Part shown: positions 1-9,572 of the stretch, piece by piece
Layout of the letters: every line of letters begins with the position of its first letter
Numbering within the stretch: the first letter of the stretch is position 1
Source of the DNA: Candidatus Dormiibacterota bacterium
GTDB taxonomy: Bacteria > Chloroflexota > Dormibacteria > DASZGP01
Length of the DNA: 64,000 nt
Assembly (NCBI GenBank): GCA_036741395.1
Contig: DAINSI010000002.1
Span: 3,625 to 67,624, forward strand
Direction: 5' to 3'
The notes under the pieces: generated by a model
The model's database searches: none
What the model was told of the DNA's origin: nothing
The model's input: only the letters and a program-made list of their open reading frames with translations
Program-made: the position numbers and the translations under genes

Positions 1-3000
1 CTGGCGCTCGTTGGCGCCACCGCAATCGTTCCGCCGCGCGCCGCTGTCGTTCGCGCTGCCGGCGACAGCATCGCCACCGGCAAGCCCAACGACCCGCAGT
101 GGTCGCAGTGCGAATCCCAGGACCAGATCACGGGCTGCACCGACGGCGAGGAGTGGGACCACTTCGGCCCCCTCACCTCGACCCAGTTCCCCTGCGCCAA
201 CAATCTTCCCCACCCTGACCTCGGGCCCAACGGCGGCCTGCCCTGCTGGGCCAACGCGACCGCCGACGACCCCACCCACATGTCGGGCCTCAACCTGCCC
301 GGCGCCTGGACTCAGGGCAACGTCGGTCGCAGCGACGTCACCGTCGCCTACATCGAGGGCGGGGTCAACTTCAGCTCGGACAGCGTCAAGGACGCCATCG
401 ACAACGAGTACCTCAACACCGCCGAGCTGCCCTGCCCGCAGCGCGCCGACGGCAGCTCCAAGGCCTGGCCCAACTGCTACGACCTTGACGGCAACGGCCG
501 CGCCGACGTCCGGGACTACATCCACGACCCTCGCGCTAACCCGTCCTGCCCGAGCGGCATCACCCCGGACACCGTCGGCGCCACCGGCGGCCTCCATGTC
601 GACGTCGAGGCGATCAGCTGGAACTGCGTCGCCGGGGGACAGCACAACTACCTCAACGCGGTCCACGTCAGCGGCCACGCCAACCGCGTTCCCTACATGA
701 CCCCCGAGGATCTGATCGCGGTCTTCGGCCACTGCCAGGTGATCCGCGGCCAGCTGGCCCAGTGCCCGCCCGGCGGCAAGTTCGACAACGACGGCAACGG
801 CTACCCGGGCGACATCAGCGGCTGGAACTTCGACCGCAACACCAACGACCCCCAGAGCGAGGACCTGACCTACAACCACGCGCCGAGCCTGCACAGCCTG
901 GTCGCCGGCGTCGCCGACAACAACTACGGCAGCGTGGGTTACTGCGCCACCTGCCGGGTGGTGCCGATCCGCCAGGGCGCCGAGTGCCTGGGCCGCAGCG
1001 ACAAATGGGGCGAGTCGATCCTCTACGCCGCCGACCTCGGGGTCACCGCGATCAGCTCGGTGGTGGTGGGCTACAGCTACAGCGCCTTCAACCAGGCGGC
1101 CATCGACTACGCCTACAACAAGGGCATCCTGCTGTCGCTGGACTCCAATGATTTCGACGCCATGGACCACACCGATGGGATGCTGTTCGACCACGTCATC
1201 CCCGGCAACTCGGTGGTGGAGGACAAGGCGACCATGGGCGTGGGCCCGGGCAACACCGCCAACACCGCCAACACCGTCACCTGGTTCCGCGCCCGCAGCA
1301 ACGTCACCAGCTACGGCACCCACAACATCTTCTCGATGGAGGGCGGCTCCACCTCCGCCGCGACGCCGACAGTGGCGTCCGTGCTGGCGATGGTCCAGTC
1401 GGCCGGGCTGAACCTGCGCGATAGCGGCCACCTGCCGGGCTTCGATCGGCTCACGCCCAACGAGGTCAAGCAGGTCCTGATGGACACCTCCAGCGAGATC
1501 GTCCCCCAGAACCCGCCGGAGCCGCTGGGTGACGGCGCGCCGCTCGGCACCGCGCCGCAGTGGCCCGGCAACCCCAACAGCCTCACCGACGCGACCCACA
1601 CCAACTGGTCGACGCAGTACGGCTACGGCCGGCCCGACCTCGGCGCCGCCACCACGATGGTCAGCCAGGCGAAGGTCCCGCCCACCGCCGACATCACCTC
1701 ACCGCAGTGGTTCAAGTACGTCGACCCGACCCTTGACCACACCATCGCCGTGGACGGTAGCCTGGCCCCCTCGCGCTTCCACTCCGCCGGCTCGGCCAGC
1801 TACACCCTGGAGTGGGCGCTGGGCGCCGACCCCGCCGACAGCGCCTTCCACACGATTGGTAGCGGCACCGTCTCCAGTGCCAAGAACGGCCAGCTGGGTT
1901 CAATCGACATGACCGACCCGCTAATCGTGGCCTACGCCAGCAAGGCGCCCGGCGTCACCCTCCAGCCCGACGGGGCCGAGCAGTACACGCTGAGCATTCG
2001 CCTTCGGGTCAAGGACGCCAACGGCCTCAAGGCCGAGGACCGGCGCAGCATCGGTGTCCGCCACGACCCGTCGATGACCCCCGGTTTCCCCAAGCTGCTG
2101 GACCGCTCGGACGGCATCGCGCCGGCGTACGCCGACCTCGAGGGCAAACACCAGCTCGACCTGGTCGCGGCCAGCTCCAACGGCGACCTCCATGCCTACC
2201 GCCCCGACGGCAGCGAGGTGCCCGGCTTCCCGGTCTACACCGACACCGTCCGCAGCCTGGGACCCGACAGCCCCCAGAACTTCCCGGCGGCAGCGTACAG
2301 GAACCCATCCCTGCGCGACGTGCGCGACCCCATCAGCGGTGGCGTCGCGGTGGGGGACCTGTTCCACAAGGGCGAGCTCGAGGTGCTGGCCTCCACCACC
2401 AACGGCGAGGTCTACGCCTGGGACAGCCAGGGCCATCGCCTCCCCGGCTACCCGCGGCGGCAGGACCCCGCGCACTACGCGCAGTACTCCGTGGTGCCCA
2501 CACCCCATTTCGTCGACGCCAACCACAACCCCACCGCGAATCACCTGCGGCTGCCGGCCCGGGGCGGGTTCTCGCCGCCGGTGCTGGCCGACCTCGAGGG
2601 CACCGGGCAGCTGGATGTCCTGATGAGCGGCTACGACGGCTGGGAGTACGCCTGGCGCCCGGACGGCACCCCGGTGCCCGGGTGGCCGGTGCAGGTGAAG
2701 CTCCCTGCGGCGGATTTCACGCGCGACAACGTCAACCCGACGCAGTACATCTGGGATGCCAAGCTGTTCTATCCACCGACGGTTGCCGACGTAAAGAAGA
2801 TCGGCCGGCCGCAGGTCTTCGTTCCGTCCTTCGAGTCCAACGGGATCAACACCGCGACCGAGGACCTGGTCAAAACCCTCGCCGGCGTCAACGGCACGCC
2901 CAGTGGCGCGGCGACCTGGCTGTACGGCATCTGGGCGGATGGCAACAACCACCCAGGGGGCCCGTACATCCAGAACTGGCCGGTCAAGATCAACTCGCTG

Positions 3001-4260
3001 GACTTCACCTACGACCAGTCGATCGACTTCGTGGGCGAGGCCACCAGCCCGCCCCTGGTCGGAGACTTCGACGGCTCGGGCACCCTGCGCCTGGCCACCG
3101 GGGTGGTCACCGGTCAGGTGTTCATCCTCAACGGTGACGGCAGCATCTACTCCACCGCGGACTCGTCCTGCCAGGGCACCGACTGCGGCCCGGTGCCGCC
3201 GTATCGGAACACAGGGGACACCCATACCCTGACGCTGACGGGCACCGGCGCCCTGGGCGACCTCGCCAACACCGGGCACCCGCAGGTGATCATGAACAAC
3301 ACCGGCCTGGAGTCGATCCTGACCGGCCTGGGCGGCCAGCTGGGCGCACAGCTGCCGCAGGTCTACGAGAAGGCCTGGACCGTCCAGCCGGGCACCAGCC
3401 CGGTGGTGTCGGGATGGCCCAAGCGGGTGGATGGTTTCCCGTTCTTCTCGTCGCCCACGGTGGCCGACGTCGGGGGCAAGGGCGGGCGCGCGGCGATCGA
3501 GGGCAACGACACCTACTGGATCCATGCCTTCGGCGCCGACGGCTCGGAGCAGCCCGGCTTCCCCAAGTACACCGGCCAGTGGGTGGGCTTTGCTGGCGTG
3601 GCTGCCGACCCGCTGATGAACGGCCAGATGCACTACACGATGCCCACCCGCGAGGGCGCGATCTTCGACTGGAAGGTGGCCGGTGACACCGCCCTCAACA
3701 ACAGCTCCTGGCGCTACCGCCACGACGAGCACAACACCGGGACCGACGGCATTGACACGCGGCGCCCGGCCTCGGTGCTGGACCTTGCGGTGAGCGGAAG
3801 CGGGACACGCGCGCTGTCGTGGACCGCGCCGGGCAACGACTACATGGTGGGGACGGCGAAGACCTACGACGTGCGCTGGTCGACCTCGCCGATCACCTCG
3901 GAGAGCTTCTGGAGCGCCACCGCACTGGCGGGGGCTCCCGCGCCGGGAGCTGCTCGCGGCAGCCAGCAGTTCTCGACGTCAGGGGTCAGCGGAGCATCGG
4001 TGTACTTCGCGATGCGCACCATCGACGCCGCCGGCAACATTTCGGCCCTGAGCAACGTCATCTGTCAGGGCCAGTGCCCGCCGCCGCCGGTGGTGACGAC
4101 CGCAGGGGCTAGCGGCCTTCCCAACACCTCGGCCTGGTGGTCCCCGTCTGTCGTGCCGTACGTGGCTCTGGTGGCGCTCGTGGTCCTGGGGCTGGCGTGG
4201 CGTCGGGGCGGCGACGGGCCCCACGTGCACCGTCGGCGGGTGATTAACCAGTGCCGGTGA
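1..4260 (+). CDS. Secreted S8-family (subtilisin-like) serine peptidase, partial at the 5-prime end. Frame 1 is open from base 1, so the start lies upstream. Peptidase domain, multiple FG-GAP/VCBS-like repeats, FN3-like domain, C-terminal LPNTS + hydrophobic helix + Arg-rich tail.
   Basis: Continuous ORF in frame 1. Motifs SMEGGSTSAATPTVASV (catalytic Ser box) and NHAPSLHSLVAGV (His box). Repeated DLEG-x-GQLD / DGxxxPGFP units typical of FG-GAP. TYDVRWSTSP region is FN3-like. C-terminus LPNTSAWWSPSVVPYVALVALVVLGLAWRRGG resembles a cell-wall sorting signal. Asp box is atypical (VAYIEGGV), so S53-like chemistry is not excluded. Confidence 0.7.
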   Translation: MALVGATAIVPPRAAVVRAAGDSIATGKPNDPQWSQCESQDQITGCTDGEEWDHFGPLTSTQFPCANNLPHPDLGPNGGLPCWANATADDPTHMSGLNLPGAWTQGNVGRSDVTVAYIEGGVNFSSDSVKDAIDNEYLNTAELPCPQRADGSSKAWPNCYDLDGNGRADVRDYIHDPRANPSCPSGITPDTVGATGGLHVDVEAISWNCVAGGQHNYLNAVHVSGHANRVPYMTPEDLIAVFGHCQVIRGQLAQCPPGGKFDNDGNGYPGDISGWNFDRNTNDPQSEDLTYNHAPSLHSLVAGVADNNYGSVGYCATCRVVPIRQGAECLGRSDKWGESILYAADLGVTAISSVVVGYSYSAFNQAAIDYAYNKGILLSLDSNDFDAMDHTDGMLFDHVIPGNSVVEDKATMGVGPGNTANTANTVTWFRARSNVTSYGTHNIFSMEGGSTSAATPTVASVLAMVQSAGLNLRDSGHLPGFDRLTPNEVKQVLMDTSSEIVPQNPPEPLGDGAPLGTAPQWPGNPNSLTDATHTNWSTQYGYGRPDLGAATTMVSQAKVPPTADITSPQWFKYVDPTLDHTIAVDGSLAPSRFHSAGSASYTLEWALGADPADSAFHTIGSGTVSSAKNGQLGSIDMTDPLIVAYASKAPGVTLQPDGAEQYTLSIRLRVKDANGLKAEDRRSIGVRHDPSMTPGFPKLLDRSDGIAPAYADLEGKHQLDLVAASSNGDLHAYRPDGSEVPGFPVYTDTVRSLGPDSPQNFPAAAYRNPSLRDVRDPISGGVAVGDLFHKGELEVLASTTNGEVYAWDSQGHRLPGYPRRQDPAHYAQYSVVPTPHFVDANHNPTANHLRLPARGGFSPPVLADLEGTGQLDVLMSGYDGWEYAWRPDGTPVPGWPVQVKLPAADFTRDNVNPTQYIWDAKLFYPPTVADVKKIGRPQVFVPSFESNGINTATEDLVKTLAGVNGTPSGAATWLYGIWADGNNHPGGPYIQNWPVKINSLDFTYDQSIDFVGEATSPPLVGDFDGSGTLRLATGVVTGQVFILNGDGSIYSTADSSCQGTDCGPVPPYRNTGDTHTLTLTGTGALGDLANTGHPQVIMNNTGLESILTGLGGQLGAQLPQVYEKAWTVQPGTSPVVSGWPKRVDGFPFFSSPTVADVGGKGGRAAIEGNDTYWIHAFGADGSEQPGFPKYTGQWVGFAGVAADPLMNGQMHYTMPTREGAIFDWKVAGDTALNNSSWRYRHDEHNTGTDGIDTRRPASVLDLAVSGSGTRALSWTAPGNDYMVGTAKTYDVRWSTSPITSESFWSATALAGAPAPGAARGSQQFSTSGVSGASVYFAMRTIDAAGNISALSNVICQGQCPPPPVVTTAGASGLPNTSAWWSPSVVPYVALVALVVLGLAWRRGGDGPHVHRRRVINQCR

Positions 4261-6617
4261 CATTGAAGGGAAGGTTGCGGGGCGTCGGGCTCGTGCTGGG
4301 CGTAGCCAGCGTGGTCTTCATGGCGGCACCGGTTCTGCTGCCGACGCGGGCAGCCGCGGCAGCCCCCGCGGCATTCCTGGTGGGGGCGGCAGTCGCGGAC
4401 TTCACGCCGCCATGCGGGCCGGACGGCACCCCCGCCGTCCAACACTGTGTCTCGCCGCCACCGGGCTTCACGGATCCAGCCAACTGCATTCCCGCCGCCG
4501 ACTCGGCGTTTCCCGGGAAGCGCCTGTTTGCGTTCACCGAGCCGTACGTGGACGCCATGAACTCGGGGCACTGGGACCCCGGGGACCCACCCTGGATGGA
4601 TTGCCCCGTGCCTTCCTGGGAGCCCAGCGGACCGGCGCCAGACCTCAGGTGGGACGGCAACTACATCGGTGGAGGGTCCAACGCGCCGCGCTTCTACGAC
4701 TACGTCGCGGACCCGCTCACAGCGCGGGCCATGGTGGTGTCCAACGGGACCAGGACGATCGCGGTCGAGGTGCTCGACCACGAGGGCGCTTTCAACACCT
4801 ATCTCGCACGCATCCGTCAGCTGGTGGGACAGGCCCTCCCGAGCGCCGCCCTGAAGCCGGAGGACATTTTCATATCCTCGACGCACGACGAGAGCGCGCC
4901 GGACTCGATCGGCCTCTACGGGCCGACGCCGGTCAGCTCCAGCGTCAACCCGTTCTGGGCGGACTACATGGCGACCAAGGGGGCGGACGCCATCGTGCGG
5001 GCCTATCGCAACATGCAGCCGGCGCGGATCCGTTACACCGAGGCGATCGAGCCGGCCGACATGCGCCAGTGCTTTTCCAGCTACCCGTTCGTGGACGACC
5101 AGCTGATGCCGACACTGCAGGCCGTGAACTCGCGCACCGGGGGCGCCATCGTGACGCTCGCGGACGTCAGCCAGCACACCGAAACCATGGGCTTCAACGG
5201 CGGCAGCACCGTCGACCCGGGCGCGCCCCCCGGGCAACACCCCACTCTTGATGACGAGAAGCGCTGGCTGACGGCTGACTGGCCGGTGTGGTTCCGCGGG
5301 CACCTCGAGAGCACCTACGGGGGTGTCGGGATCGAGATGGCGGGGTCGGTGGGCAGCAACGAGACCCCGGAGGTCTTCTCCCAGGTACTCTCTCGCACCC
5401 CGGAGCAGTTCATCGACGAGAGCCACCCCGCGGGGTGCCGGACCCTCTACAACGCTCACGGAACCAAGACCCCGCTGGGTTACTACAGCGAGAGCAAGGC
5501 CCTCGGCCAGCAACTGGCCCAGGCGGTGGAGCAATCACTGGCGGCCGACGGCACCGATTCAGCCAGCAACGACATCTTCGGGGCCAGGGCGGACGCCTGC
5601 ATCCACCTCAGCAACACGCTGTTCACAGCCGCAGCCGCCGCGGGGGTGTTCGGTGAGCGCGCCGGGTACGACGACACCTGCACCGTCCAGTTCCCAACCG
5701 CCGCCGACGGCTCAACCCTGGGGACGGCGGTCAAAACCCAGGTGGCGGCGTTCCGGATCGGGGATGGCGAGTTCGTCTCGCTGCCCGGTGAGGTGTTCCC
5801 GTTCACCTACCTGCGCGGGTTCCAGGGGCCGAACGACATGGCCTGCCCGGACCCGTCCGGCCAGACCGCGTGCGCGGGCAGCGGCACCTACCCGCTGCCG
5901 CCCTGGCTGATGCCCCACATGCACACCCGCTACCGGTTCATCGACGGCCTGGGTGAGGACATGGTTGGCTACATCTTCCCCAGGGGCAACGGCGTGGGGG
6001 TGCCCGGTGAGTACAACAACGCCCAGAGTGTCCAGGGCAACTCTGGCGACCGCTTCGGCTGTGGCCACTCCGACGACTCCGAGGCGGCCAACTCGCAGTC
6101 CGGGGATGTCCTGGGCCAGGCTGCCATGGGCATTCTGGATGCCAATGGGGGACCGCCCGAGGACATCGCCCAGGGTCGTTACGTGTTCCCCGACGGTAGC
6201 CTCTCGCGCGATCCCCTGGGCGGGCCAGAGACCAAGTGCAACCTGGACAAGACGTTCAGCCCGCGCGGCCCCGCGATCGCGGTGTGGCTGAAGGATGGCG
6301 GCGTGGTCCAGCCCAGCAGCTGGATGTCGCTGGGTGGCCGTTCCCAGTTCACCCCTGACCGCAACACCCGTGGTTACATCGACGTGGCCGGGGCTAGGCA
6401 CTGGCTGGAGGTCTTCCCGGACATCTCGGGCCAGCCGGCGTCGGTCTCGCTGCCGGGTGGGGCGGCGTCGTCGCCCACCCCGGTGATGGCCGCCGGGGGC
6501 GGCCTGCCCGGCACGGCCGCCGCGCCCACCGTCGAAGTCCCGGCGGCGGCCCTGGGGCTCATCCTGCTGGCGCTGGCCGGGGGTGGCTTCCGCTTCTGGC
6601 GCAGAGACCGCCGCTAG
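4251..6617 (+). CDS. Secreted neutral/alkaline ceramidase-like hydrolase with N-terminal signal peptide and C-terminal LPGTA + TM + RRDRR anchor.
   Basis: GTG start overlaps the peptidase stop codon. Signal peptide MPVTLKGRLRGVGLVLGVASVVFMAAPVLL..AAAAAP. N-terminal GAAVADFTPP and ISSTHDESAP motifs resemble ceramidase GxxxxDITPP / THTHSGP boxes. C-terminal LPGTAAAPTVEVPAAALGLILLALAGGGFRFWRRDRR. Functional call is tentative. Confidence 0.5.
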   Translation: MPVTLKGRLRGVGLVLGVASVVFMAAPVLLPTRAAAAAPAAFLVGAAVADFTPPCGPDGTPAVQHCVSPPPGFTDPANCIPAADSAFPGKRLFAFTEPYVDAMNSGHWDPGDPPWMDCPVPSWEPSGPAPDLRWDGNYIGGGSNAPRFYDYVADPLTARAMVVSNGTRTIAVEVLDHEGAFNTYLARIRQLVGQALPSAALKPEDIFISSTHDESAPDSIGLYGPTPVSSSVNPFWADYMATKGADAIVRAYRNMQPARIRYTEAIEPADMRQCFSSYPFVDDQLMPTLQAVNSRTGGAIVTLADVSQHTETMGFNGGSTVDPGAPPGQHPTLDDEKRWLTADWPVWFRGHLESTYGGVGIEMAGSVGSNETPEVFSQVLSRTPEQFIDESHPAGCRTLYNAHGTKTPLGYYSESKALGQQLAQAVEQSLAADGTDSASNDIFGARADACIHLSNTLFTAAAAAGVFGERAGYDDTCTVQFPTAADGSTLGTAVKTQVAAFRIGDGEFVSLPGEVFPFTYLRGFQGPNDMACPDPSGQTACAGSGTYPLPPWLMPHMHTRYRFIDGLGEDMVGYIFPRGNGVGVPGEYNNAQSVQGNSGDRFGCGHSDDSEAANSQSGDVLGQAAMGILDANGGPPEDIAQGRYVFPDGSLSRDPLGGPETKCNLDKTFSPRGPAIAVWLKDGGVVQPSSWMSLGGRSQFTPDRNTRGYIDVAGARHWLEVFPDISGQPASVSLPGGAASSPTPVMAAGGGLPGTAAAPTVEVPAAALGLILLALAGGGFRFWRRDRR

Positions 6618-6713
6618 ATCGCTGACCGTGAGGCGGAGGTGGCATTCTCGCCAGGCTGCCCGCATCCAGAGGTGACCCCTCGCGCTCCAGCCGGACCTAA
6701 TGCCCCTAGGCGG

Positions 6714-6730
6714 GCCTAACTATGTTAGGC
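6714..6730. promoter_or_regulatory. Perfect 17-bp palindrome GCCTAACTATGTTAGGC 11 bp upstream of the TetR start; candidate TetR operator.
   Basis: Seen directly in sequence. TetR-family operators are typically palindromic and sit immediately upstream of the regulator gene. Confidence 0.35.
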
Positions 6731-6740
6731 TACGGGTCTG

Positions 6741-7367
6741 ATGAGCGCGATCGCGACACCTCAGAGCCGGCGTCAGCTGAGCCGCGAGCGCACCCGCGCG
6801 GAGATCCTGGATGCCGCCTGGGAGCTCTGCCGCAGCGGGGGCCTGGCCTCGCTCAACCTGCGGGAGCTGGCCGCGGCCGTGGGGATGCAGGCTCCGTCCC
6901 TATACACCCACTTCGGCTCCAAGATGGAGATCTACGACGCAATGTTTGCCCAGGGCTATGTCGCCGCGCTGGAAGTCACGCCCGCGGCGGTCGTGGACGC
7001 CCGGTCTCGCGCTGACGCGGAGCGGCAGTTCCGTGAGGGGATCAGGCGCTTCGTGGACTTCTGCCTCGAGGACACCGCGCGCTACCAGTTGCTTTTCCAG
7101 CGCACCATCCCCGGGTTTGTCCCCAGCGCGGCGTCCATGGAGCTGGCCAACGCCAACCTGGGACGGGGGCGCGATGGCCTCGCCCAGCTGGGGCTGACCA
7201 CACCCGAGGCCCTTGATCTGCTGACCAGCGTCATCACCGGGCTGGTGGACCAGCAGATCAGCAACGACCCCGGCGGCCGGCGCTGGGTTCGCCTGACCGA
7301 CGACATGCTCGACATGTACCTGAGCTTCGCCATCCGCCGGTGGCGCAAACCCAACAGGAGGAGCTGA
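6741..7367 (+). CDS. TetR/AcrR family transcriptional regulator
   Basis: N-terminal HTH RTRAEILDAAWELCRSGGLASLNLRELAAAVGMQAPSLYTHFGSK is the canonical TetR_N signature. Confidence 0.85.
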   Translation: MSAIATPQSRRQLSRERTRAEILDAAWELCRSGGLASLNLRELAAAVGMQAPSLYTHFGSKMEIYDAMFAQGYVAALEVTPAAVVDARSRADAERQFREGIRRFVDFCLEDTARYQLLFQRTIPGFVPSAASMELANANLGRGRDGLAQLGLTTPEALDLLTSVITGLVDQQISNDPGGRRWVRLTDDMLDMYLSFAIRRWRKPNRRS

Positions 7368-7369
7368 CA

Positions 7370-8128
7370 GTGACCGCATCCATCGCCGCCGCCCAGGGCA
7401 TCGACGTGACCACCATCCCGCCGATCTCCCGTCAGGAGTCCAGCGCTCTCGCCACCGCCGAATACGCCCGGTTCACCGCGCTGGTTCAGCAGCTGCGAGC
7501 CGACGAGTTCTCCCTGCCCACCGACTGCCCCGCCTGGGACGTCCGAACCATGATCGTGCACCAGGTGGGAGCCGGCGAGGGCCACGCACGCTGGACCGAG
7601 TTCTTCCGCCAGTTCATCCTCGGCCTGCGGCTGGCGAAGGGTCGCGAGCCCGTGGACGGCGTCAACGATTTCCACCTCAAAGAGCGCGCTGACTGGACGG
7701 CCGAGCGGGCAATCGCGGCGCTCCCAGAAGTGCAGAAACGAGCGGTGCAGGGACGCCGCAAGTTCCCCGCGGCGCTGCGCCGGATCCCGGTCTCCGCCCC
7801 GGGTGTGAAGCGCTTCTCCCTGGGGTTTTTGTTCGACGTAATCCTGACCCGCGACACCTGGATGCACCGGGTCGACATCACCCGGACCACCGGGCGGGCG
7901 ATGGTACTGATCCCCGAGCACGACGGTCGCATCGTCGCTGACGTGGTCGCCGACTGGGCCCGCCAGCACGGCAAGCCATTCGAGTTGCACCTTTCAGGCC
8001 CCGCCGGCGGCGCCTACCGCCAGGGGTCGGGTGGGCCAGAACTGAGCCTGGACGCAGTCGAGTTCTGCCGGACGATCTCGGGTCGAGAGCAGGGCGCCGG
8101 GCTGCTGGCCCAGGCTGTGGTCTGGTAG
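7370..8128 (+). CDS. Mycothiol-dependent maleylpyruvate isomerase N-terminal domain (MDMPI_N / TIGR03083-like, DinB_2 superfamily) protein
   Basis: GTG start 2 nt after the TetR stop, with AGGAGC ribosome-binding site (translational coupling). Conserved WDVRTMIVHQVG..GHARW region matches the TIGR03083 actinobacterial family. Confidence 0.65.
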   Translation: MTASIAAAQGIDVTTIPPISRQESSALATAEYARFTALVQQLRADEFSLPTDCPAWDVRTMIVHQVGAGEGHARWTEFFRQFILGLRLAKGREPVDGVNDFHLKERADWTAERAIAALPEVQKRAVQGRRKFPAALRRIPVSAPGVKRFSLGFLFDVILTRDTWMHRVDITRTTGRAMVLIPEHDGRIVADVVADWARQHGKPFELHLSGPAGGAYRQGSGGPELSLDAVEFCRTISGREQGAGLLAQAVVW

Positions 8129-8174
8129 GCACGGACATTGTCTCGGCCGTCTCACGCGTGATACGCTGTGAGAC

Positions 8175-8411
8175 ATGGAGCGGGTGAGCATTCGGGAGCT
8201 CCGCAACCGAGGCGGCGATGTTGTTGATCGGGTGGCCGCCGGGGAGCACGTAACGGTGACGCGGGACGGGGTGCCGGTGGCCGAGCTGCGTCCGATTGCG
8301 CGCCAGGCGATCAATGCCGCCACGCTGGTGGAGAGGTGGCGCCGGCTGCCCCGCATGGATCCGGGTAGCTTCCGCCGCGACGTCGACAGCGCGGTCGATC
8401 CTCGGCTTTGA
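8175..8411 (+). CDS. Type II antitoxin, Phd/YefM family
   Basis: MERVSIRELRNRGGDVVDRVAAGEHVTVTRDGVPVAELRPI matches the Phd/YefM fold signature. 4-nt TTGA overlap with the downstream PIN gene. Confidence 0.8.
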   Translation: MERVSIRELRNRGGDVVDRVAAGEHVTVTRDGVPVAELRPIARQAINAATLVERWRRLPRMDPGSFRRDVDSAVDPRL

Positions 8412-8827
8412 GTTCGTCGCCGCAGCACCCAAGGGGACTGCTCGATACCAGCGTGGTCATCGCGCTGCCCAGCCTCACGGACCCTTCAGCGTTACCCGCG
8501 CAATCGCTGATTTGCGCCATCACCCTTGCCGAGCTCTCCGTCGGACCCCTGGTTACGACCGCCGCCGGAGAGCGCGCCGCCCGCCAGGCAACGCTGCAGC
8601 AGGCCGAGGCCGATTTCGATGCGCTGCCATTCGATGACCGAGCTGCGCGTGCCTTCGGCCGCGTCGCGGCGTCGATGCGCCGAAAAGGGCGCAAGGTCCG
8701 GGCGCGATCCTATGACGCGATGATCGCCGCGGTCGCGATCGCGCACGATCTGCCCCTCTACACGAGCAATCCAGGGGACTTCGCCGGCATTGATGGCCTC
8801 GTGGTGGTGCCGGTGACCCCGGTCTGA
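8408..8827 (+). CDS. vapC: Type II toxin VapC (PIN-domain ribonuclease)
   Basis: LLDTSVVIAL N-terminal acidic PIN motif and conserved downstream Asp residues. Coupled to the Phd antitoxin. Confidence 0.85.
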   Translation: MSSSPQHPRGLLDTSVVIALPSLTDPSALPAQSLICAITLAELSVGPLVTTAAGERAARQATLQQAEADFDALPFDDRAARAFGRVAASMRRKGRKVRARSYDAMIAAVAIAHDLPLYTSNPGDFAGIDGLVVVPVTPV

Positions 8828-8856
8828 AGGTTGCCCCGGCGCTGGCGAGTCGGAGA

Positions 8857-9249
8857 TCAGATATCAGCCGGGCTCAGGACCTCAATCAAGTTTCTCACTC
8901 CCCGCGCCAGCTGGCCGTCTGTGGTGACAAGCGCGCATTTCAGAGCCTGAGCCAGGGCCACGTATTCCGCGTCGTATGTCTTGGCCCATCCCAGCTGGTT
9001 GGCGATCCCCCAGGCGCGCCGCTGTAGGTCCGCTGGGGCCCGCCTCGCCACCGGAGCCGTGCCCAGCCGGTCTATCGCGATTGCCGCCAGTTCATCAGAG
9101 ATGCTCCCGCGCCACTTGAGTTCGTGGAGGACCGACGTCACCTCCGACCAGAACAGCGGAGGCGCCAGCATGCCGCGCTCCCGCAGCGGGTCGAGCCCCT
9201 CCACGGAGAGGAGGGCCTGCACTGCGGCGGCCGCATCCAGGACAAACAA
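8857..9249 (-). CDS. vapC: Type II toxin VapC (PIN domain)
   Basis: MFVLDAAAAV ... TTDGQLARG pattern of a PIN domain. Immediately follows the HTH antitoxin gene on the same strand with no gap. Confidence 0.75.
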   Translation of the reverse strand: MFVLDAAAAVQALLSVEGLDPLRERGMLAPPLFWSEVTSVLHELKWRGSISDELAAIAIDRLGTAPVARRAPADLQRRAWGIANQLGWAKTYDAEYVALAQALKCALVTTDGQLARGVRNLIEVLSPADI

Positions 9250-9492
9250 TCAGCGCCCCAGCCTGGACGCCCGCAGAGCGTTGAGGATGTCGGGCATGGG
9301 TTCTCCCGTCGCGGTCTGCATCCACCCCGGAGGCACTGAGACAGACGGTTTCATCAGCGCCGCGAGATCCTCGTCCTCCACGATGTGCTGGGTGCCCACG
9401 CGGTGGGCGCGGAGCTTGCCGGCCCGGATCCACCGGCGCACCGTCTCGGGATCCCGATTGAGCCGACGAGCCACCTCGGGAACAGTCAGCAT
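9250..9492 (-). CDS. Helix-turn-helix (MerR/excisionase-like) antitoxin partner of the downstream VapC
   Basis: MLTVPEVARRLNRDPETVRRWIRAGKLRAHRVG is a classic HTH_17/excisionase-type motif. Position directly 5-prime of the PIN toxin. Confidence 0.7.
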   Translation of the reverse strand: MLTVPEVARRLNRDPETVRRWIRAGKLRAHRVGTQHIVEDEDLAALMKPSVSVPPGWMQTATGEPMPDILNALRASRLGR

Positions 9493-9536
9493 ATAGCACC
9501 ATACTACTACATCGCGGGCGGCTGAGCCTTGACGTG

Positions 9537-9572
9537 ACTTCTAGACCGCCTATCCGCGGTTATACTAGAAGT
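9537..9572. promoter_or_regulatory. Inverted repeat ACTTCTAG-N20-CTAGAAGT overlapping the promoter region of the RHH antitoxin; candidate autoregulatory operator.
   Basis: 8-bp arms seen in sequence. TATACT -10-like hexamer at 9560-9565. ATG of the antitoxin at 9573. Confidence 0.3.

Noticed and set aside
11-700. 229-aa Pro/Ser/Thr/Ala-rich ORF in frame 2, and the nested ORFs at 762-1151, 1148-1411, 1529-1912
   Set aside because: Alternative frames of the S8 peptidase coding region. No motifs, biased low-complexity composition.
1921-3732. 603-aa ORF on the minus strand inside the peptidase gene (and similar long antisense ORFs at 4065-5534, 17371-19347, 31226-32704, 32376-33659, 36330-37307, 37093-39159, 46903-47847, 43373-44233)
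   Set aside because: Low-complexity Arg/Gly/Ala/Val-rich translations antisense to genes with clear domain architecture. Typical stop-codon-poor artefacts of a high-GC genome.
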